DNA from: Octopus vulgaris
Lineage: Eukaryota
DNA length: 64,000 nt
Reading direction: 5' to 3'
Assembly: GCA_951406725.2 (NCBI GenBank)
Contig: OX597836.1
Location: 2,294,001 to 2,358,000, forward strand
Below the pieces are notes generated by a model. The model worked only from the letters and a program-made list of their open reading frames with translations. It had not been told where the DNA came from and did not search any database. Below, piece after piece: positions 55,948 through 64,000 of this stretch (positions are counted from its first letter, which is position 1; every line of letters starts with the position of its first letter). The translations under genes were made by a program, and so were the position numbers.

Positions 55948-56401
55948 CGAGACACACACACACACATATATACTTCCAAAGAGAATAAGAGGGATTGCGA
56001 TAGAAAACTGCCAGATAAAAAGGCAAGAGTTAATATGATTTACGTTATTTTTATGTACATGAAATATAAGCAAAGGAAAATAAACATTCCACAGACAACT
56101 TAAGACTAACACTTCGACATTCAATGAGTAATTTTTTTTTTCTTTGCTGCTTATTTTGCGAGCATTGATTAAATTTAGAGTTTTCACATATGGTCAGCAT
56201 ATTTACAGAGTTTCTGTTTTGGAACTTTGTTTTATAAATCTCTAGTTCATATGTCAGTGAATTGTGCGCTGTTTTTTTTATGGGGGCAGGGATGTAGAGT
56301 GCCCGTCAGGCATTCATGCCCATTGTTTCAGGAAACAGATGTAAATACATGTACGTTGGGATGCTTGTATGGGCTTATATACAAAGACCTATATACATAC
56401 G

Positions 56402-56434
<33 letters not shown>

Positions 56435-56536
56435 ATGTATATATATATATATATATATTTGTATGTACATATATATATATATATATATATATCTGTGTGC
56501 ATATATGCATATCTGTCTATGTATATCTATCTATCT

Positions 56537-56567
<31 letters not shown>

Positions 56568-56624
56568 TATATGCAAATGTATATATATGTGCATATATAT
56601 GCATATGTATGTGCGTGTGTATAT

Positions 56625-56842
56625 AGTTAAAAGAAGAAAAGAATATGCAGATAATGACTGAAAATAAAAATAAGGATGTTAACAATTGTTTATTATCAAC
56701 AAATTGGTCGTCTTTGCTACTTACGCCCGTTTCAAATAACACTCAATCATATAATTACAAATGTGTACATCAAAATTGCAGCAGGGAAAAGAAGATGCTC
56801 CTGTGGACGTTATATATGGACCTATCGCTTCATTTCAGCAGA
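56625..56842 (-). mobile_element. Unnamed repeat of about 220 bp, copy 2 of 2
   Basis: Colinear with 31947-32165. Confidence 0.7.
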
Positions 56843-56866
56843 CTCATTCACTGAATGTATATATAT

Positions 56867-57060
56867 ATAGGCGCAGGAGTGGCTGTGTGGTAAGTAGTTT
56901 GCTTACCAACCACATAGTTCCAGGTTCAGTCCCACTGCGTGGCACCTCGGGCAAGTGTTTTCTAGTATAGCCTCGGGCCGACCAAAGCCTGTGAGTGGAT
57001 TTGGTAGAAGGAAACTGATAGAAGCCCGTCGTATATGTGTATATATGTATGTGTGTGTGT
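56867..57060 (+). mobile_element. SINE family C, 5' half ending in its internal microsatellite
   Basis: ATAGGCGCAGGAGTGGCTGTGTGGTAAG..GAAGCCCGTCGTATATGTG. Confidence 0.88.
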
Positions 57061-57795
57061 TTATGTAAGGATGTATTTTCTCTGCATCAGTCTGAGATCT
57101 CCTTTACGATTATTGCCGCATTTGTATGCTATTAGTTTCTTGAAACGCCACTGAAATTCGGAGATAACTCGTACAGGAATTGCAGGAAAAGGATAGAAGA
57201 ATTGCAACTTGATATGCTCAAAGAGAAATGATAGCGAATAAAAAAGTTTAGTCTTGAGCGTCAAATAACATCTCAGATTTCACAGGTTATGTCACCAAGT
57301 GTACCTTTGCTGTGGGAGAAATTCATTTATTTCGGAGACTAAAATATACGTAGTACCCCGAATATGTCAAAGAGCGTGTTTCCGTAGAGTGTATGTTAAA
57401 TGACGAATTACTTGCAACAGAGAGCTATAAATCTGCAGACATTTCACCATTTAGTGGTCTCTAGAATATATTTTTAATTACTGGAAGACCAAAATAAATT
57501 AACGTACTATTATGTAATGGGAGTTATTTAAATGACCTGAAAATAAATATATTAAAATACGCAATTAAAATTTACCGAGAGCATGTAGCAGTTCATTGAC
57601 CTACGTACTCATTAATAAAATAATAAACTACTTCAACTGAAGAACAAATGAAACGAAATAAATTATATACCCACATGAATTGTAGTTATTACATTAAAAT
57701 ACTTCTTTTCTAAAACACCAGTCAATGAAGAGATATTCTCTCGTCCTATCAACGGTTTAGGCGTATCAGCATTTTACACATACACACACATTGAC

Positions 57796-57862
<67 letters not shown>

Positions 57863-58737
57863 CGTGTGTGTGTGTGTGTATGTGTGTGTGTATGCAAACA
57901 CATATATAAATATTTATGTCTTGCGATTACAGGGCACATCTAAGCTTTTGTGATAGTTAGCTTTATATTAGAATAACAATAGCAATTTCACCCAGAGGTA
58001 AAATAAAACATATTTAAATATATATTGCAAAATAATAATAATATTATATAATGTTATGTAATGTCGTATACTATAATTCAATAACATAAAATAGATTCAT
58101 TTTAATATATTTACCTTGATTTCTTTTTAATTCAGTTAGACTATATAACCTTATATTAATTCATATATGTATATTTATATCGCGAATACCTATCTCCGTA
58201 CAATTATTATTGCACAGCCATTATATTTATTTATACGCCATCTTCCTTTGTTCGCTGCTGTATTAATTTTCCTCCTCGGAGGCTGTTCTTGCAATTGTGT
58301 ATTTTTACTTTATCTTCATTTTCCATACAATAATATACAATTTTTTTTTATAGAAAACACAATATCCATTATATCCAAACCAAATAGACAGGAAGAAATA
58401 TTTAGTTATTTCACTATGTTTGTCTTCTCAAATTTTTTTTTCAACGAATAAATATATTTCAGGATTTTTTGTCTTCAAATTCAATATAGAAAGTGTTTGA
58501 AAACTGCTAACGAGATTAAAATTATGCATAGTATATTTTTCCTTTGATAAAATATATTTACAATATGTGTTTATAATACCCAGAATACATAGAGAAGATT
58601 AAATGTTTCCTTTCTATATATCACTGCTTCTCTGTTTTTTTTTTCTTACACACAATCATACATATATTTTCATGTATATATATTATATATCTATATATTT
58701 ATATATGTACATATCAATGTATGTACATATATATATG

Positions 58738-58798
<61 letters not shown>

Positions 58799-59304
58799 GT
58801 AATTATATATTTGTGTTCATCGACGTTTCCATCGGCATAAAGGTTTGTGTACATTAATATCCAAATATCAGCGTGTTGTTTTGTTGTACAAATGACTCGG
58901 TGTACAATAGCGTTCGACATATCATAGCTTTGTTTTCGTTGCTGTTCTTCATTTGCTGTGACCTGGGTTAAGCCCTGATCATGTTTATCGATGAACTAAA
59001 TTATTATATATCCATAATCATGAAGTATCTTGATGTACATCACAAAGTGATATCTCATTTCGTGATTTCGACGTTGTTTGTCTCTATTTCTAACAGGATA
59101 TATTTCGTTGTGAATATTCAGTTTCCGTATTCCTTGGTGACATCATTTTTCTGTAAGCAACATGTAACTTACGACATGTATATATGTGTGTTTGTGTGTG
59201 TATGTGTTTGTGCGTGTATATATATATACATACATAGATACACACACACATATATATATATACATACATATATATATATACATGCATACATATATATATA
59301 TACA

Positions 59305-59361
<57 letters not shown>

Positions 59362-59504
59362 TTATATAGATATATGTATATATATATATACGCATATATA
59401 TATGTGCATATGTATATACATATATACATACATATATACATATATATACATACATACATATATATGTATTTATTTATATATATATATAATTTTCATATAA
59501 TGAC

Positions 59505-59713
59505 AGGAGATATAACCGTCCCACAGCGAAGCTAGTTTCCTGTCAAAGGACCTTTTTAGAAGCCTGAATTTCCGAGGATTTTTACAGGGATTAGAAAACC
59601 CGATACAAGAAATGTGAATCTGAAACGGGAATATGTTGAGTAAAATCAAAATCAACTGATCCTCCTGGATTTTATTTTACCCAAAACCAGGAACTTTTCA
59701 GCACCCCCTCGTA
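59505..59713 (+). mobile_element. Mariner transposon 3' end with terminal repeat
   Basis: Reads ..NLKREYVE* (mariner KC...G.YVE* terminus), followed by a TIR-like GGAACTTTTCAGCACCCCCTCGTA. Confidence 0.75.
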
Positions 59714-60757
59714 TGTTTGATTGTGTTTGTGTGTGCGTGTGTTTGCCTGTGCGTGCGTGAGGGTTTATGCAGGAGTGTCCGTATGTATACGATATAGAAA
59801 TTCTCATATTCTCTTCCATCCTTTACGATAGTTGATTTGCAAGAAAAGTGAGTGCAAATTGCAGAAATCGTTTAACCCTAATATCCTGAGTTAAGATGCT
59901 ACTCCTTCACGCATGGCTTCGGATTCGTTAATCGTTTTTGTCAGGACTACTATTAAAATTGAAGTGTTTAAAATGTTTGCTGGTTTCCTTGTTTTTATTC
60001 CGCTGCTGTTGTTGTTATGCCGATGGGTATGGTTGTGGTGTTCATGATGATAAAAATGATGATAACGCTCAGAGGCATTCTCCCTTCATCACCTCGTCAC
60101 CTCGTCTTTGTAACTGTGGGTTGAACGTAATCAGAAGGCGGACCGACTTTGAATGATGCTGTAATTAACACGAACAGCTTACTGGTACACGTTCCATCAC
60201 CTTTATCCACCCTCCTCGCATGACATTACAACTCTATCCACCTCCTCTGAAAATCTCTTAGGCGAATCTCAAGCCTGCTGGGGATTTAGACATTTCAATA
60301 CTGAATGAATAATTTCCTGTCGTTCGTACAGTTCAGATGCCAACAAGAAATGTCATTTAATGATTGTGCCTACAGTAATGTGTGTCAATGCTAATATCCT
60401 TCGAAGCCTGGTTTTTCTCTTGTTTCTGTTCATTATTCGGGCGTAGCAGAATCATGTGGCATCATGAATCATCAGAATCATGTGGTGTAGCGTTTGTTGC
60501 AGTTTTTCCTACTCGTGATGTGATTATTATCTGTTATCGATGGTACCCAAACGTACCTCTTTTTTTACCTATTGACGCATTTGGTTCCATTTTTTTCATT
60601 ACATGAACCCCTGTAGCCATTCGTTTTTTAAAATAATACCTTATTATTTTTATGATGAAATATTATTAGGAAATGGATTTTAAAAATATTCTTAAAATAG
60701 TTTGTATTTTGTCGATATATAAGTGACATGTTGCACCACATATATTGCAATACACAA

Positions 60758-60943
60758 GGCAGCGAGCTGGCACATCGTTAGCATGCCGGGCGATATGCTT
60801 AGCGGTATTTCATCTGCCGCTACGTTCTGAGTTCGAATTCAGCCGAGGTCAATTTTGCATTTTGCCAGTTGCGTATTGGTGTCGATCTAATCGAATAGCC
60901 ACCTCCCTCAAAATTTCGGGCCTAGTGCATAGTGTAGAAAATA
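60758..60943 (+). mobile_element. SINE family A (internal deletion)
   Basis: GGCAGCGAGCTGGCACATCGTTAGCATGCCGGGCG..GAGTTCGAATTC. Confidence 0.85.
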
Positions 60944-60957
60944 TTGCACCACGTAAT

Positions 60958-61171
60958 TTTTTTCTACTCTGGTCACAAGGGCCGAAATTGTTAGTGGGGG
61001 AGCCGGTCAATAAGATCGACCCCAGTATGCAACTGGTACTAAATTTATCGGCCCTGGTAGTATGAAAGGCAAAGTCGACGTCGGCGGAATTTGAACTCAG
61101 AACAAAAAGACAGACAAAATACCCGCTCACTATTTCACCAGGCGTGCTAACGTCTCTGCCTGCTCGCCGCC
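60958..61171 (-). mobile_element. SINE family A, inverted relative to its neighbour
   Basis: Reverse complement of family A ending CTCGCCGCC. Confidence 0.88.
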
Positions 61172-62790
61172 TTGCGCCACATAAAGTTTCACACTGATAT
61201 GGACCTACAAATGTCTACATAACTCCTGTTAAGAACTACTGTCTTATACAATCAAATGCATCATGTCATATACAGGTTTTCCGGACTAGATTTGACAGTT
61301 TGCCTAGTAAGAAATGAAAACCCAGTATCCACCCGCAAAACAAAAGTATTTTAAAACTTCGAAAATTATGAAGTAGATAATGGCTGGGGGACAACAGTTA
61401 ACTCAAACTATCCACCCTCAGCTTCCACCATGGCCACAAGATGGTTCCATCAAATATCACCCGGCTACCATGTATGATGTGCTAGAGAACTATGGCGTGT
61501 TGCAGTATCATGCGGTGCGTTGTGCAGGTTATGATGCAGGCTGGCGGAATTTCGCGTGATGTACTCTCTAAACATGGGTTGTAATATGTATGTCCCGTTG
61601 TGATATGGTGTTGTGGGGCTGCATTCCGCATCGTGATGCAATGAATAGCGTTACGTTGCAGTATGTCTCTGTTTCGCACTGTGTTTGGTATCATGGACGG
61701 TATTTAGTGGGAAGTGGGGCCTATTTTGGTATGTAGGTTTAGTTGTTAACCAGGAGCGAGCATAGATATTGTCGTGGTGCTGCAGTGCATCCTAGCGTTT
61801 TAGGTATCGAGTAGGTGTGCAGCCCAGCCTTTTGCGATGCTCTAAATCTTGATATGATAAAATACACTGTCGAGCTGCTGCTCTTGTCGTGTGTTTGGTC
61901 AGATCTGATGATGCAGATGTATGGCAAATGGTGTAATATATTACAACCATCGAATTAAGGGCATTTAATTTCCAGGAACAAATGCACTTGTTATTTGCAA
62001 TTTCAAGACGGCAAATTGATGTAATTTGAGATATTTTTGAATTCTATTTCAAGCAGGTTGAGAGTCAAGCGAGTAGCCATCTCACTGATTCTCTACCATT
62101 GATGTAACAATGTAGCAGTACCTGTGGGGTGTTGTTAAGTCGTATGACATGGAGACCAATTTTACGGTATTCCGCAATGAGGTGTGACATACTTGCGATT
62201 GGATTTTGTTAATAATAAATTCCGGATGTTGTCGTTGTTGTTGTTATTGTTGTTGCTGCTGTTGCACATTTTTTTTACAGCAGGTCAAACCTCAAACCCA
62301 AAATTTATAGATTTTAGTCGGAACCACAATGACTTTATTTTTTTTTTTTCTATTTTTCTTAGGCGTAGGGGACGAGAGATCACATTAACCTTCGTCCCAT
62401 TATCTAAGATCTGATGTAGTGTTATATGATTTTAAAGAGATCTCACTGCTATTTCTTGCAATCGAAAACACCGTGTAGATAACGTTGTCTGCAATTTTGT
62501 AGCGAAACATATACGAAGACTACTTCATTGAGCCAGACAACTACTCACAGTTCCTCTTCTAATTATCATCGCATCCAATTCCATTTGAATACCACCTTGC
62601 ATAAAACAATACGTTACTAACACAACGCATGCACAACTACACACAATGACAAACCACACTTGGATATATGCATACGGGAAACAGCCAACCGCCAACACTA
62701 TCAGTACCTACAGATCACTCAACATAACACCACGCTGCTTACAATTATATACACATATATACACATCCCCTTTTCCTCTCACTCTCTCTT

Positions 62791-62822
<32 letters not shown>

Positions 62823-62920
62823 TAAATAGATAGATAGATATACATATATATAAATACATATCTGCATATATATATATATATTTATATACATATATGTACA
62901 CACACATACATATGTGTGTG

Positions 62921-62973
<53 letters not shown>

Positions 62974-63029
62974 GTGTGTGTATGCGTGCATATATATGTA
63001 TGTAGATGTATGTACGTTGGCACACGCAG

Positions 63030-63078
<49 letters not shown>

Positions 63079-63615
63079 AGCCATTATACACACTACTAGT
63101 ATACATATATTCATGGAGAGTACCGACGGAGCAATCAGCCATGTTATATCGACCAACCAATATATGCCGGTTTGTTAATCAGTTTTAAAGGTATGCGCTC
63201 ATTAACTATTCATAGCTCTTTGCAATTACCGTTCTTCAAGGCATCGTTCGCAATTCTCTCTCTCTCTCTCTTCCACCCCACCACCCCACCCTCTCTCTCT
63301 CTCTCACTCACTCTCTACCTCTGACTTTCTTTCCTTTCCTCACACTCGTCTTCTTCATGTTGTTTTACTTTTCCTTCTATATTTACTTTTCATCATCATT
63401 ACCTTCATCATCATCATCATCATCAGCATCATCATCGTTACTTTGCTGTTGTTTTTGTTGTTGTTTCTCTTCTACTCCCTCCCTCCTCCTCCTCCCCTCT
63501 CCCACCTTCTTATTTATTTTCCTTTTTCTGTTCCACACATTGCTGTTGGTGGCTAAACCATTACTAACTCTTCATTTCACAATGTGTTTTCCTTCTCTGT
63601 TTCGCTCCGCCTGTC

Positions 63616-63672
63616 ATTATTATTATTATTATTATTAATATTATTATTATTACTATTACTATTCTTCTTCTT

Positions 63673-63716
<44 letters not shown>

Positions 63717-63758
63717 TCTTCTTCTTCTTCTCATTATTATTATTATTATTATTATTAA

Positions 63759-63794
<36 letters not shown>

Positions 63795-63879
63795 TCTTCT
63801 TCTTCTTCTCATTATTATTATTATTATTATTATTAATATCATTATTATTATTATTATTATTACTATTCTTCTTCTTCTT

Positions 63880-63910
<31 letters not shown>

Positions 63911-64000
63911 ATATTATTATTATTACTATTACTATTCTTCTTCTTCTCATTATTATTATTATTATTATTACTATTCTTCTTCTTCTTCTTCTTCTCATTA
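63616..64000. repeat. Higher-order minisatellite of (ATT)n punctuated by ACTATT(CTT)nCTC, 6 units, running off the window
   Basis: CTATTCTTCTTC at about 63659, 63713, 63791, 63863, 63932 and 63971. Confidence 0.92.

Overview
This is AT-rich, microsatellite-dense eukaryotic DNA that looks intronic or intergenic. The SINE families and repeat landscape suggest a coleoid cephalopod, probably Octopus (inference only). I could not identify an intact host protein-coding gene, tRNA or rRNA; almost all ORFs in the track are microsatellite translations or transposon debris. Visible content: (1) three abundant tRNA-headed SINE families, called A, B and C here, about 30 copies including dimers, chimeras and nested insertions; (2) decayed non-LTR retrotransposons: RTE, R4/Dong with a restriction-like endonuclease, and Penelope-like GIY-YIG elements; (3) DNA-transposon remnants: one hAT with TIRs and TSD, Tc1, mariner and MITE-like palindromes; (4) many simple repeats. 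The most interesting signals are RNA-structural. They are a set of minimal hammerhead-ribozyme-shaped motifs (one with an intact core at 31345-31421, and two multi-copy families with non-canonical cores), a 443-bp fold-back hairpin, SINE dimers with the same junction at two loci, one SINE head carrying four different tails, and an inverted SINE pair on a triplicated target site. All alignments and translations were done by eye, so boundaries and identities are approximate.
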